Source of the DNA: an uncultured Leptolyngbya sp.
Lineage (GTDB): Bacteria; Cyanobacteriota; Cyanobacteriia; Phormidesmidales; Phormidesmidaceae
DNA length: 61,009 bases
NCBI GenBank assembly: GCA_964353225.1
Contig: CAYGVA010000001.1
Location: 1 to 61,009 of the forward strand
Reading direction: 5' to 3'
This document shows positions 1-10,266 of the stretch, piece by piece. Numbering within the stretch: position 1 is the first letter of the stretch; every line of letters starts with the position of its first letter. The notes beneath the pieces were generated by a model. That model saw only the letters and a list, made by a program, of their open reading frames with translations, had not been told where the DNA came from and ran no database searches. The position numbers and the translations under genes are program-made.

Positions 1-127
1 TGCTGAAGGCGAACAGACCCGCTACGGCGATCGCAATCCAGCAGCAAACGGTCAGCGTTGAATGTTGGATTGCCAACCGGGAAATATTAAACCGTGCCCG
101 GAAGGAATTGAGGGTGAAGCGGGCCAT
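1..127 (-). CDS. RND efflux permease (AcrB/AcrD/AcrF family), N-terminus only, truncated by window edge
   Basis: Manual translation from ATG at 127: MARFTLNSFRARFNISRLAIQHSTLTVCCWIAIAVAGLFAFS, matching the 'NISRLAI' + TM1 start of RND permeases. Not in the ORF track. Confidence 0.75.
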   Translation of the reverse strand, partial: MARFTLNSFRARFNISRLAIQHSTLTVCCWIAIAVAGLFAFS

Positions 128-221
128 CAAAGGGAATCAGACGACAAAAGTGTTGCTATGGTAACGCGTTCCCTGACGGGGCAATCCTTTCCGGCTCCCT
201 ACGAATAACAGACAGATCGAA

Positions 222-1445
222 TCAAATGCTCCGCAGGGCGACGATCGGGTCGAGCTTGGCCGCCTGCCGGGCTGGGAATACCCCAAAAAAGAGGCCAATA
301 CCCCCAGAAACCCCTACGGCTACGGCAATCGCACTTCCGGAGATGCTGGCTTCCAGCGGGGTGACGGCGCTGAGCAGAAAGATGCCGCTGATGCCTAGGC
401 CGCTGCCCACAAAGCCCCCCGCCACCGCCAAAATCAACGACTCGATTAAGAACTGCACCAAAATATCCCGTTGGGAGGCCCCGATCGCTTTGCGCAGGCC
501 AATTTCCTGGGTGCGCTCCCGCACCGAGACCAACATGATGTTCATGATGCCAATGCCCCCCACTAATAAGGAAATGGCGGCGATCGCCGCCAGCATCAGG
601 GTCAGGGCTCCGGTGACGGTTTCGGCCAGATCCAGCAGGGTGTCTTGGCTGCTCACATAAAAATCGTCGTCGTCCACGATATTGTGGCGTAGCCGCAGCA
701 GGTTCGTAATCTGAAACTCCGCCGTGTCCATGCTCTCGCGATCCACCGTCGAGACGACAATAAACGACACCTGAATGCCGTAGGGCGACTGGCGCTGCCC
801 CACTAGCCGACTGGCTTGGGTGGTGATGGGTACAATCACCGCATCGTCGTAGTCGAGCCCCAGATTGGAGCCCTTCTTGGCCATCACCCCAATCACCTCA
901 AAGCGGGTCCCCTTAATCCGAATGGATTGACCGATGGGGCTCTCTTGATCAAACAGCCGTTCCGCCAGGGTCGCCCCCAGCACCACGGATAGACTGCGGC
1001 GATCTAGATCGACCTCAGAAATAAATCGACCCTGCCCCATCTCAAAGCTGCGCACGGTCAAAAACTGCTCGTTGGTGCCGATAACGCTGCTATTGGCGCT
1101 GCGGTTTTGATAGGTGATCAAACTGCGATCGCTAAATTCTGGGGCGGTCCCCACGACGGTGGGCACTTGCTGGGAGATCGCCTCGGCATCGGCCACGACT
1201 AGGGTCTTGGGCACCTCTAAGCCCCCCAATTCACGGGTTTGGCGATTGCCGGGCACCACAAATAACACATTGGGGCCAAGGGTCTGGAGCTGGTCGCCAA
1301 TATAGCGCTGCGCCCCTTCACCAATGCCCACCATGGCAATCACCGAGGCATTACCGATCACAATGCCGAGCATGGTGAGGCTGCTACGCAGTTTATTAGC
1401 GGTGAGGGTCGTCACCGCCATCCGCAGGCTTTCGGTAAAATCCAC
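222..1445 (-). CDS. ABC transporter permease, MacB/FtsX family
   Basis: N-terminal 'NKLRSSLTMLGIVIG', large periplasmic domain, C-terminal 'GGIGIMNIMLVSVRERTQEIGLRKAIGA' and 'PARQAAKLDPIVALR'. Confidence 0.93.
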   Translation of the reverse strand: MDFTESLRMAVTTLTANKLRSSLTMLGIVIGNASVIAMVGIGEGAQRYIGDQLQTLGPNVLFVVPGNRQTRELGGLEVPKTLVVADAEAISQQVPTVVGTAPEFSDRSLITYQNRSANSSVIGTNEQFLTVRSFEMGQGRFISEVDLDRRSLSVVLGATLAERLFDQESPIGQSIRIKGTRFEVIGVMAKKGSNLGLDYDDAVIVPITTQASRLVGQRQSPYGIQVSFIVVSTVDRESMDTAEFQITNLLRLRHNIVDDDDFYVSSQDTLLDLAETVTGALTLMLAAIAAISLLVGGIGIMNIMLVSVRERTQEIGLRKAIGASQRDILVQFLIESLILAVAGGFVGSGLGISGIFLLSAVTPLEASISGSAIAVAVGVSGGIGLFFGVFPARQAAKLDPIVALRSI

Positions 1446-1499
1446 GCCGCTCCTCCCAGGGTTGTATTGCCATTGTGGCGAAGATTACCGATGTTGTTG

Positions 1500-3209
1500 C
1501 TAAAACAAGAAATAGCGCTGGGCCATGGGCAAGACATCCACGGGTTCGCAGGTCAGCAATTCCCCGTCTGCTCGCACCTCATAGGTTTCAGGGTTAACCT
1601 CCATGTGGGGCTGGTAATCATTGAGCTTCATGTTGGCCTTGGTTAGGCTACGAATGGTGTGAACGGCCTCTGGCGGTTTTTGCAGGCCGATTTGTTCCGC
1701 GATGCCTCCGTCCACGGCAGCTTTGGACATAAAGCTGACGCTAGTAGCGGCGATCGCCCCCCCGTAGCTGCCAAACATCGGTCGCATATGCACCGGCTGG
1801 GGGGTGGGGATGCTGGCATTGGGATCGCCCATTTGCGCCCAAGCGATCGTGCCCCCCTTAATCACAATTTCCGGCTTCACCCCAAACATTGCCGGCTTCC
1901 AGAGACATAGATCCGCCAGTTTGCCCGCTTCGACGGAACCGATGATGTGGGAAACGCCGTGGGTAATGGCCGGATTGATGGTGTATTTGGCGACGTAGCG
2001 CTTGGCCCGGTGATTGTCGTTCCGGTCCGAATCTTCCGGCAGGGGACCCCGCTGCACCTTCATTTTGTGGGCGGTTTGCCAAGTCCGAATAATGACTTCC
2101 CCCACCCGCCCCATGGCCTGGGAGTCGGAGGAAATCATGCTAAATGCACCCAAGTCATGGAGGATATCTTCTGCGGCAATGGTTTCCCGGCGGATGCGAG
2201 ACTCGGCAAAGGCCACGTCTTCGGGGATGCTGCGGCTGAGGTGGTGGCACACCATCAGCATGTCGAGGTGTTCTTCGAGGGTATTGGTGGTGTAAGGGCG
2301 GGTCGGGTTGGTGGAGGAGGGCAGCACATTGCTCTCGCCACAGACTTTGATGATGTCTGGCGCATGGCCGCCGCCTGCCCCTTCCGTGTGATAGGTGTGA
2401 ATCGTCCGTCCCTTGAAGGCAGCGATGGTGTCTTCAACGAAACCTGATTCGTTTAGGGTGTCGGTGTGGATGGCGACCTGTACGTCATAGTCCTCCGCCA
2501 CGCTGAGGCAGGTATCGATCGTGGCTGGCGTCGTGCCCCAATCCTCATGCAGCTTTAGGCCCACTGCCCCTGCTTCCACCTGCTCCCGTAGTCCTGGCTG
2601 CAGGGCGCTGTTGCCCTTGCCCATAAAGCCGAAGTTGAGGGGAAAGGCTTCGATCGCCTGATACATCCGCCAGATATGCCAGGGGCCAGGGGTACAGGTC
2701 GTTGCGTTCGTCCCGGTCGCAGGGCCGGTGCCGCCCCCGATCATCGTGGTCACACCGGAGGCGATCGCCGTCTCAATCTGCTGGGGGCAAATAAAGTGGA
2801 TATGGGCGTCAATGCCGCCAGCGGTCAGGATCATGCCTTCCCCAGCGATCGCCTCGGTGCTGGGGCCAATGATGATATCCACATTGTCTTGGATGTAAGG
2901 ATTGCCCGCCTTACCGATTTTGACGATGCGTCCATCCTTAATGCCCACGTCTGCCTTGACGATGCCCCACCAGTCGAGAATCAGGGCGTTGGTGATCACC
3001 GTGTCCACTGCCCCCTCTTCGCGGGAAATCGGGGACTGCCCCATGCCATCGCGGATCACCTTGCCGCCGCCAAACTTAACCTCGTCCCCGTAGGTGGTGA
3101 AGTCCTGCTCTACCTCAATGATCAGCTCGGTGTCCGCTAGGCGAATGCGATCGCCCACGGTGGGGCCATAGGTTTCGCCATAGGCGCGACGATCCATGCG
3201 GTAGCTCAT
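1500..3209 (-). CDS. ureC: Urease subunit alpha
   Basis: Start [10 protein letters not shown] at ATG 3209; motifs [49 protein letters not shown]. Confidence 0.99.
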   Translation of the reverse strand: MSYRMDRRAYGETYGPTVGDRIRLADTELIIEVEQDFTTYGDEVKFGGGKVIRDGMGQSPISREEGAVDTVITNALILDWWGIVKADVGIKDGRIVKIGKAGNPYIQDNVDIIIGPSTEAIAGEGMILTAGGIDAHIHFICPQQIETAIASGVTTMIGGGTGPATGTNATTCTPGPWHIWRMYQAIEAFPLNFGFMGKGNSALQPGLREQVEAGAVGLKLHEDWGTTPATIDTCLSVAEDYDVQVAIHTDTLNESGFVEDTIAAFKGRTIHTYHTEGAGGGHAPDIIKVCGESNVLPSSTNPTRPYTTNTLEEHLDMLMVCHHLSRSIPEDVAFAESRIRRETIAAEDILHDLGAFSMISSDSQAMGRVGEVIIRTWQTAHKMKVQRGPLPEDSDRNDNHRAKRYVAKYTINPAITHGVSHIIGSVEAGKLADLCLWKPAMFGVKPEIVIKGGTIAWAQMGDPNASIPTPQPVHMRPMFGSYGGAIAATSVSFMSKAAVDGGIAEQIGLQKPPEAVHTIRSLTKANMKLNDYQPHMEVNPETYEVRADGELLTCEPVDVLPMAQRYFLF

Positions 3210-3485
3210 GGGGCAATCCTCGGGGGGTAACAGTAACGACAAGTCCAAACAGCACTGTAGGCAAAAAAAGGGCCGAAAGCCGCTACATTGCTTACACTCG
3301 GCCCTCATTCTAAAACCGCTGCCCGTCCCTCGCGCTAGTTTTCTCCTTTCTTAATCCGAACGACGCAGTTCTTGCCAGACTACTGGGGCAGCAGATTGTA
3401 ATCGCTGGCCCAACCGCCGTAACCGGTCTGCCCAGGTGAAGCCCAACGAAATGGAGGTTGAGGCGCGAACCATCGGGACTGATAG

Positions 3486-5339
3486 TTACCCTTGACCTAG
3501 GGTAAAGCGATCAAATAACACCACATCACTGTTGGGTTTGCGAGTGTCGAAATAGTAACTGCGCACTTCCCCCAGGCCAGTGTCCAAAATGCTGAATGCC
3601 GTGATGTCATTGCTGGCGATATAGGGCAAAGGGTCGCCTTGGTCATCTTGCAAGGGGGCCACCGTAGGGACCACCGGGGCTAAGCCATTGGGGTCCCCCT
3701 GGGCGATGTAGTAGGCTGCGTTGAATTTATCTAAATCCTCCGTCGGCACTGAGGGAGGCAACGGGCGCTTTTTGCCCGCTGTTTCGGCCCCTATTTTTTT
3801 CCCTAAAAAGGCCCCGTAGGTGTTGCCCACATTGGAAGTTTCTAAGAAATGCATCCCCGTTGGGCCGACAAATCGATTCCACAGGTGGGAGTGACCGTAG
3901 AGCACCAGATTCACCCCCGCCGCCTCTAGCAAAGGGACGAGGTCACGGATCAAATGGTCTTGGGAAAGGGGATATTCGTATCGGACTGCCTTTAGGCGAC
4001 CCTCGGGGGTGCGATCGTAAATGGGTACTGGGTCAGTGAAGGCCGGGACAATGTTGTCTCCCAGGCTGTGGAGGGGATGGTGCAACATCACCACCTTATA
4101 CTTCGCCTGCTGAAACGCTTCGCTGGCCAGCTCTTGCGCTAACCACTGGTATTGCAAGCTGCCTGTTTGGATGGGTTCAAAAATATGTTGCCCATACCCC
4201 CATGCCTCTGGGTTATTGATATCGGCTTGCCGTTCGCGGTAGCGTCCCTGGGTCTGAGGGGTGACTTGGGGGCTGCGCCAAATCTGAGTGGCAAATAAAG
4301 AGACCAGTCGCACGTCACCAAAACTAGTGGCGTAGTAGCGCGAGGTTTGTTCAGCCCGCTCGGGATTGGGCACCGTAGCCACCGGCAGGGTAAACAGTTG
4401 TTCGTAGCTGTTGCTGTTGTAGGAGTTGTCGATAATCCACTGCCGTCTTTGGTCCGGATCAGCGCTGGGGTTAAACAGCTCGGCATAGGCTTGATAGCGC
4501 TTCACGGCGGCGCTGCGGGGCGCGGGGGCGTTGAATTGTTGATTCAGGGGTTGCGTCGCTGAGAGCCGACCCATCACCTCGTGATTGCCGATCGCCGGAA
4601 ATAAGGGCGCATGTTGAATCAACTCACCGCCCTGGTAATGGGTCATAGTGCCACCTTTGGTCAGGGCATAGTTGGCCCGCCCTTGTAAGGCAGGGAAAAA
4701 CGCCCCACCGCGACTATCGTCAAACCATTCTGAGGCGCGATCGGGCACATTCACGAGGTCCCCTGCCACAAACACCGCATCCACCTGACCGACCGTCTCC
4801 GCCACCTTTTGCAAGTTGGTCGCGGTCATGGGCATGAGCTGATGATCCGATGTGAGCAGAATCTTTAAGGGTTGACCGTTGGGCGGGGTCGCAGCCAAAG
4901 AAAACGGTCCGCGAGTGAATAGAGTGCCATCCGCTTGGGTGCTGCTGACGCGATAGGGCAATCGTTCCCCTGGGGAGAGTCCCGTGATCTCGGCCTCGTG
5001 ACGCCAAATCGGCCTGCTCACCGGTTTTTCGAGGGTATCACTGCCCAGTTTCTGGGAGGCGGCATCTTCTTTGAGACGGGTGATCTCACGGGTGGTCGCG
5101 GCAATCGGCTCAGGTCGGTCCCCCACCTGAACAGTATGGGTTTGCCCCGGAAACTCTGTGAACCAGACGACCCGAACGCTATTGGCCGTGGGTGCTTGCA
5201 AGAACGGATCGCTCAATAAACCAGCCATAGGAATTGCCGGGGGAGAGGTGGGCGGCGGCGCTAGGGTGATCACGAGTCCGGTGGCTACAGCCCAGATAAA
5301 ACCCAAAATCAGCAGGGTGAAATCAGCACGTCGATTCAT
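3486..5339 (-). CDS. Exported metallophosphoesterase with purple-acid-phosphatase-like N-terminal domain
   Basis: N-terminal hydrophobic segment; calcineurin-like motifs SDHQ, AGDLV, IGNHE, HHP, GHSH; start placed at ATG 5339. Confidence 0.85.
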   Translation of the reverse strand: MNRRADFTLLILGFIWAVATGLVITLAPPPTSPPAIPMAGLLSDPFLQAPTANSVRVVWFTEFPGQTHTVQVGDRPEPIAATTREITRLKEDAASQKLGSDTLEKPVSRPIWRHEAEITGLSPGERLPYRVSSTQADGTLFTRGPFSLAATPPNGQPLKILLTSDHQLMPMTATNLQKVAETVGQVDAVFVAGDLVNVPDRASEWFDDSRGGAFFPALQGRANYALTKGGTMTHYQGGELIQHAPLFPAIGNHEVMGRLSATQPLNQQFNAPAPRSAAVKRYQAYAELFNPSADPDQRRQWIIDNSYNSNSYEQLFTLPVATVPNPERAEQTSRYYATSFGDVRLVSLFATQIWRSPQVTPQTQGRYRERQADINNPEAWGYGQHIFEPIQTGSLQYQWLAQELASEAFQQAKYKVVMLHHPLHSLGDNIVPAFTDPVPIYDRTPEGRLKAVRYEYPLSQDHLIRDLVPLLEAAGVNLVLYGHSHLWNRFVGPTGMHFLETSNVGNTYGAFLGKKIGAETAGKKRPLPPSVPTEDLDKFNAAYYIAQGDPNGLAPVVPTVAPLQDDQGDPLPYIASNDITAFSILDTGLGEVRSYYFDTRKPNSDVVLFDRFTLGQG

Positions 5340-5483
5340 GGGTAAGTAGTCCCGGGTGAAAGGTCTCAATTAGCTAGAGCACAGCCTTCTCAATCAGCCT
5401 GACGGCTACTCGGACGGAAGGTTTTGGTCTCCCGGTGCGGTTGAGATGCCCGGAAAACCGAGGATTTTATGGTTTGTCTTGCA

Positions 5484-6971
5484 TTACGCGCTATCCGCAT
5501 TCTGGAATAGCGCTTGAAAGGCAGGTAAATCACGGAGTATTTCAAAGGCAACTTCTTGCTGAGCGTGACCCTGAAAATTAGCGGTCAGCTCTATTGCCGT
5601 TGCCAATGCCGCGATCGCCTGCTCCGTTTCCCCTTGAGCGCTGTAGCTCATCGCCTGGCCGTACCAGGCATCGCTCCTATCGGTGCCGTTACAGTCAATC
5701 ACTTGCTCAAAGGCCGCGATCGCCCCCCCATGGTCACCGCACTGCTGCAAGAGCTGCCCCCGTCTCAATGCCGCCTTAGCAAAGCCAGGTTTTAGCGCTA
5801 GGGCCTGGTCGTAATCGGCGATCGCCCCTGGCAAATCCTCAGTGTCGGCTTTGGCATTCCCCCGATTAAACAGGGCCAAGGGATCTTCCGGCTTGAGGGC
5901 AATGGCTTCCCCAAATGCCGCGATCGCCGCTTCGCTCTGTTGGGACTTGCGCAGGGCATTGCCCTGACCCATCCAGGCATCGTAGGAATCGGGTTTGAGC
6001 TGGGTGGCAAATTGATAGGCTTGGCTGGCTTCCCCGTAGCGCTGCCCAATCATCAGGGTTGAAGCCTTGGTAAACCAAGCTTCGTAAAGTTCTGGGTTGA
6101 GGGCAATGGCGCTATCGTAGGCGGCGATCGCGTCGTCATAGCGACTTTCAAAAAACAGGGCATTCCCCTGTTTTAGATAATCACTGGCGCTAAAGGTGAT
6201 TTGGGGAATGGCCGCCTTCAAACTTTCCAGCAGGGTGGTGAGGGTGCCCACCCGAGGCTGCGCATCGGGGGATAAGGTGTCTTGAGTGGACCCCGGCAGT
6301 AGGCCGGTCAACTCTTGGATGGTCTGATCTTTAACCTGCTGGGCATCGGTGACCATCGTTTCTAACTGGGAAGCCGCGTCAGACTTGAGCCGATCAATGT
6401 CTTGATTGGCAATCTCAATTTGGGTCTTGAGCTCATCCAGCACCGATTGGGCCTCCGCCACCATGTGCTCCACCTGCTCCAAAGATTCACTGCGCATCCG
6501 CTCAATGTCGGCGATGGTGCTGAGCTTTTGCTGTTTGAGTTGGGCAAACACCTCGGTCTCTAGTTGGGAGCGCACTTCTGCAACCAATTCACCGATGACA
6601 CTGCGGCGCAACAGCCAGATCCCCAAGGCGGCAATCACCGGCAATGAGGTTAAAATCACCAGCAAAATATTTAGCAACGTCGTCGTGCGGGCAAAGGCGC
6701 GGTCTACCTCTAACTCAATGCGGTCTTGCACCTCAGGACTATTGGCAAGACGCTGATCAATAAAGCCCTTAAACCGCTTCTCGGTGCGTAAATCCTGTAG
6801 CTCTTGCAGTTCTTGCAGGGAGGGGGCAGTGGGGTTTGGCGTCAAGTCGGGCAGCAGCACCCCATCCGCCTGGGCGGGATGGCAGGCCCCTAACCCAACG
6901 CAGAGCATCGCCGCGATCGCCACCCCCCCCATCAATACAGATGGCCATCGGTGGCGGCAAAACGGCAGCAT
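5484..6971 (-). CDS. Membrane-anchored coiled-coil + TPR repeat protein
   Basis: Hydrophobic N-terminal segment, TM (ILLVILTSLPVIAALGIWLL), heptad-rich middle, C-terminal TPR repeats (AIAAYDSAIALNP, AIADYDQALALKP). Start uncertain: the ORF is open to 7121, but that leaves only 13 bp to the divergent gene. Confidence 0.8.
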   Translation of the reverse strand: MLPFCRHRWPSVLMGGVAIAAMLCVGLGACHPAQADGVLLPDLTPNPTAPSLQELQELQDLRTEKRFKGFIDQRLANSPEVQDRIELEVDRAFARTTTLLNILLVILTSLPVIAALGIWLLRRSVIGELVAEVRSQLETEVFAQLKQQKLSTIADIERMRSESLEQVEHMVAEAQSVLDELKTQIEIANQDIDRLKSDAASQLETMVTDAQQVKDQTIQELTGLLPGSTQDTLSPDAQPRVGTLTTLLESLKAAIPQITFSASDYLKQGNALFFESRYDDAIAAYDSAIALNPELYEAWFTKASTLMIGQRYGEASQAYQFATQLKPDSYDAWMGQGNALRKSQQSEAAIAAFGEAIALKPEDPLALFNRGNAKADTEDLPGAIADYDQALALKPGFAKAALRRGQLLQQCGDHGGAIAAFEQVIDCNGTDRSDAWYGQAMSYSAQGETEQAIAALATAIELTANFQGHAQQEVAFEILRDLPAFQALFQNADSA

Positions 6972-7134
6972 ATCGGTCCCCCAAGATAATCTCTGCCAAG
7001 ATAGCGCTCTTTCTGGGAAACCTGTTTCCAGGCAAACTAAAGCATCCCAAGGATTGGCAGCTCCCACCACCTTGGACAGAATGTTACGTATAGTTAAATC
7101 ATCCCTTTCTACCCCCGTCATCCTCCCTTAGGCC

Positions 7135-7677
7135 ATGGCCGATCCCCACTACTTAGCGACCCTCTACGTTGATGGCTACAACATGATTGGCAGTTGGCCA
7201 GCACTTATCCAACTGCGAGATCAAGGGGATTTGGCCGCCGCTCGCGATCAGCTGATGGAGTTGATGGTCAACTACAGTGCCTACCAACAGTTCCATACCC
7301 ATCTGGTGTTTGATGCCTATACCCAGGCCACCCCAGCCGCAGTGGAACCGGTCACAGACCATGTCTCCATTCATTACACCGATTTTGGTCAAACCGCCGA
7401 TAGCTACATTGAGCGCTTCTGTGCCCGCTGGCGGGCCAACCCCTGTCGCTTGATTGTGGCCACCTCTGACCGCGCACAACAACTGACGGTGACCGGGTAC
7501 GGCGCTGAATGGATGTCCGCCAAACAGCTCAGTGCCGATGTCTTGGCGACCGCACGCCAGCATCGAGATCAGCATCACCGGCAGACTCGTCCAAAGCGAA
7601 GTCAGCGGTTTTTGGCCCATTCACTGTCTCCAGAAGCCCAAGTCCGGCTGCAAAAGATGCGCTTTGGACGGCAATAA
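7135..7677 (+). CDS. NYN-domain protein, YacP/Rae1 family (putative ribosome-dependent endoribonuclease)
   Basis: VDGYNMIG, VFDA, QTADSYIE, VATSD motifs. Confidence 0.9.
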   Translation: MADPHYLATLYVDGYNMIGSWPALIQLRDQGDLAAARDQLMELMVNYSAYQQFHTHLVFDAYTQATPAAVEPVTDHVSIHYTDFGQTADSYIERFCARWRANPCRLIVATSDRAQQLTVTGYGAEWMSAKQLSADVLATARQHRDQHHRQTRPKRSQRFLAHSLSPEAQVRLQKMRFGRQ

Positions 7678-7751
7678 TTTTAAAAATCAGCAAATTTCCT
7701 AGGATACGGGCTTGCCAACGCTCCCCCATATCGCTAACATTATCAATGCAA

Positions 7752-7823
7752 TCCTCAGTAGCTCAGTGGTAGAGCGGTCGACTGTTAATCGATTGGTCGT
7801 AGGTTCGAATCCTACCTGGGGAG
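7752..7823 (+). tRNA. trnN: tRNA-Asn (GTT)
   Basis: TCCTCAG acceptor stem pairs with CTGGGGA; D arm GCTCAGTGGTAGAGC; anticodon loop CTGTTAA; T loop GTTCGAATC; CCA not encoded. Confidence 0.97.
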
Positions 7824-7955
7824 TTTTTGAAATCACATCAGTTCGGTGATGCGTACGTAAATTCGCTCCAATTCTGGTTTTGGGACCTTGGGTCTTCCGG
7901 ATGGTAACTTCGATTTTCGTAGGGGTTATCAGTGCGTTGTACTTGCTGTACCCCT

Positions 7956-8558
7956 ATGCAAACGAATCAGCCTCCCCGGATCACCTCTTCCGCCGAATAT
8001 GCCCTAATTGTGGGTTCAGGGGTGGGAGCGGCGGCATCCTTGGCCGTGCAGCAACTGGCGATCGCCTCTTTGCCAGTCACCATGCTAGTGGCCATGGGCT
8101 TGCTCAACCGTTACCGCCTCGACAATCGGGTCGATCAGCATCTGGCCGAAGCAGATAATCCCAAATATATTCAGCAACAGCAGCCATCTCCATCGGTCAC
8201 CCAGACCACAGTCACCCCTACACCTGAGGTCAGTGGAACTTTGCCGTTAATGGGGGGGGGTGCTCAGAGAGAATTTGCCAGTCAATTGGCCAATACCGGG
8301 TTAGAGGTCTTACAAGAGGCCCAGCAAACAGCCCTACAAAGTATTGGCCAGATTCTGCACCAGGCCAGAGCGGAGCAGCAACTCTCCCTGGAGGGGGTCT
8401 ACATGCAGACCTATATTCAACTGCATCAACTTCGAGCCATGGAATCAGGGGATCTGTCGGTCTTGCCCCAGCCCTTTTATGTGCAGCGGTTGATCCAGAA
8501 GTACGCCCAGTACTTGGGGTTAGATGCCAAAGCCATTGCCGCTCGCTTTCCAGTTTGA
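7956..8558 (+). CDS. Membrane protein with C-terminal RodZ-like helix-turn-helix domain
   Basis: N-terminal hydrophobic hairpin; C-terminal 'IGQILHQARAEQQLSLEGV..QTYIQLHQLRAMESGDLSVLPQPFYVQRLIQKYAQYLGLD'. Confidence 0.75.
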   Translation: MQTNQPPRITSSAEYALIVGSGVGAAASLAVQQLAIASLPVTMLVAMGLLNRYRLDNRVDQHLAEADNPKYIQQQQPSPSVTQTTVTPTPEVSGTLPLMGGGAQREFASQLANTGLEVLQEAQQTALQSIGQILHQARAEQQLSLEGVYMQTYIQLHQLRAMESGDLSVLPQPFYVQRLIQKYAQYLGLDAKAIAARFPV

Positions 8559-8633
8559 GTCAGCCGATATCTGGTTTGTTATTTCATAGGTCGCCTCCGC
8601 CCCCACCAGCTCGGCCTTATACAAGCCTTGACC

Positions 8634-8954
8634 CTAACTTTCATCCACCGATACGGCATCCACGTCAATGGTTTGCGCGGCGGGGTGAGGATCGGTGGTG
8701 CGACCCTGGGTCTGGAGGGGATCAGCCTCCTCAGCCGGATTCATGCGCTGGCCCAACCACTGGGTCCCCGCAGAGACCATCAACATAATCAGCGCCACGT
8801 CATCGATCTGCCCCAGCAAGGGAATGATGTCAGGGGATATATCGATTGGACTCAGCACATAGGCCAAGCTACCCAGGAGAACCCAAATGCCGTAGCGCGG
8901 GTGGGTCAGTAAACGACGGTACCCATCCAACAGAAATCGTACTGGAAAGCCCAT
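8634..8954 (-). CDS. YkvA/DUF1232 family membrane protein
   Basis: Signature 'YVLSPIDISPDIIPLLGQIDD'. Confidence 0.9.
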   Translation of the reverse strand: MGFPVRFLLDGYRRLLTHPRYGIWVLLGSLAYVLSPIDISPDIIPLLGQIDDVALIMLMVSAGTQWLGQRMNPAEEADPLQTQGRTTDPHPAAQTIDVDAVSVDES

Positions 8955-9034
8955 AAAACCCCTTAACGACCGCCGTGACGTTTTTTTAGTGTAAGAGAAC
9001 TGTGGGGGGATTGCCGCCAGACAGAGTTGAAGGG

Positions 9035-9066
9035 GCGGGCATAGCAGATTTACCTGCTATGCCCGC
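9035..9066. promoter_or_regulatory. Perfect 13-bp inverted repeat in a divergent intergenic region
   Basis: GCGGGCATAGCAG-atttac-CTGCTATGCCCGC; function unknown. Confidence 0.5.
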
Positions 9067-9192
9067 AGCAAGGCATGATTGAGGGACGGCTGACGCTATC
9101 TATACCGTGCAGGTGTTTTGCAATGACGCTAGCGTTGTTCAATGAAACTCGGTTCACTGCCACCAGTGCATCATCGTCGTTTATGAGAGAGG

Positions 9193-10266
9193 ATGCGATT
9201 GATGTCTTTGCCTTTTGACGCCTCGGCAACCCAACGGCGGGTAGAGCGGTTTTGGCAACTGGCGGCTAGCTTCGGCATGGAGCGAAATGCCTATCACAAC
9301 TACCTCAACGAAATCGTCAGCGATCGCTATGCCCTGATCAACGGCCTGCAATTGCTGCGGGATGAGCTCCAGTTTGCGGCGGGTAGCCCCACCGATATGA
9401 AAGCCTGCGGGGCAGATATGAGTCTACCCAGCGTCGTCACGACATTGGCTTACACCAACTGCGGCGATCGCATTCACCAAGGGGAGGCCACGAAACGCTA
9501 TCGGGATGTGGTCGCCTCACGGTTTGCCACCCTCTCAGAAATTGGTGAACTGAAACTAGAAGCCTTTTTCCCCGCTGGGGGCGGTACCGATAATGGCGCT
9601 ACCTTGGCCCATGTGACCGTAGCCCATGAGTTGGATGAGCAACTGAAACAGCGGATTTATGCCGGTCACCCCCAATCCATTTCGTTAGTGGCGATCGATC
9701 TCAAAACCCATGTGGGGCGATTGCGAGAGGGCGGCAAGCAAGTTTATGGCAAAACCCGCGAGTCTCCCTGGCGGGAACCCCGAGCCGCCTGCGGGGCCAT
9801 TGTGGGCGCATTGACCGAATACCATCCCGACAATCTCATTCACCGCCGGATTCGGACCGATTTGGGGGAGCACAATTTTCAATACCTATCTCACCAGCAG
9901 ATTTTGACCGACGATGGGGTGGATATCACCATGGCTGTGGCGGCAATTATTGTGGCCATTCGCGGTGTTCGAAATACTGCGATGGCATTAGCCGACGAAA
10001 TGGATGAGCGGGGTCTAGCTCACCTCACCGCCAGTACCACCGTCAATCGACCCTCGCGGGATGACTTGGTGATTTATTTGGCCCGCGCTACCGTTTTTAA
10101 CGGCACGGTGCGCATTCAAGGATTGGGGACCGAGGCGGAGCGCTACAGCGGCAGATTAGTGGACTATGCCGGTGAGCGGCGGTTGCAGCTCACCTACGAT
10201 AATTGGGACAGTGAGCAGTTGCCCATTCAGAACATCGCCTACAAGGTGAGGTCTTCGGGGCTATGA
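9193..10266 (+). CDS. Hypothetical protein with LCIB/theta-carbonic-anhydrase-like Cys/His/Cys motifs
   Basis: 357-aa ORF with C90-x-D92 (NCGDR), Gly-rich FFPAGGG, H173 (THVG) and C200 (ACGA). CDS likely real; function inferred. Confidence 0.6.
   Translation: MRLMSLPFDASATQRRVERFWQLAASFGMERNAYHNYLNEIVSDRYALINGLQLLRDELQFAAGSPTDMKACGADMSLPSVVTTLAYTNCGDRIHQGEATKRYRDVVASRFATLSEIGELKLEAFFPAGGGTDNGATLAHVTVAHELDEQLKQRIYAGHPQSISLVAIDLKTHVGRLREGGKQVYGKTRESPWREPRAACGAIVGALTEYHPDNLIHRRIRTDLGEHNFQYLSHQQILTDDGVDITMAVAAIIVAIRGVRNTAMALADEMDERGLAHLTASTTVNRPSRDDLVIYLARATVFNGTVRIQGLGTEAERYSGRLVDYAGERRLQLTYDNWDSEQLPIQNIAYKVRSSGL

Noticed and set aside
222-1445. MacB-type permease with no adjacent ATPase
   Set aside because: Split ABC components are common in cyanobacteria
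1500-3209. ureC without ureA/ureB or accessory genes
   Set aside because: Urease genes are commonly dispersed in cyanobacteria; not unusual
3210-3308. Cys-rich N-terminal extension of UreC in the ORF track
   Set aside because: Conserved UreC begins at MSYRMDR (3209); the extension comes from taking the longest ORF
7824-7955. Possible integrative element at the tRNA-Asn 3' end
   Set aside because: No integrase and no duplicated tRNA 3' end noticed in the window
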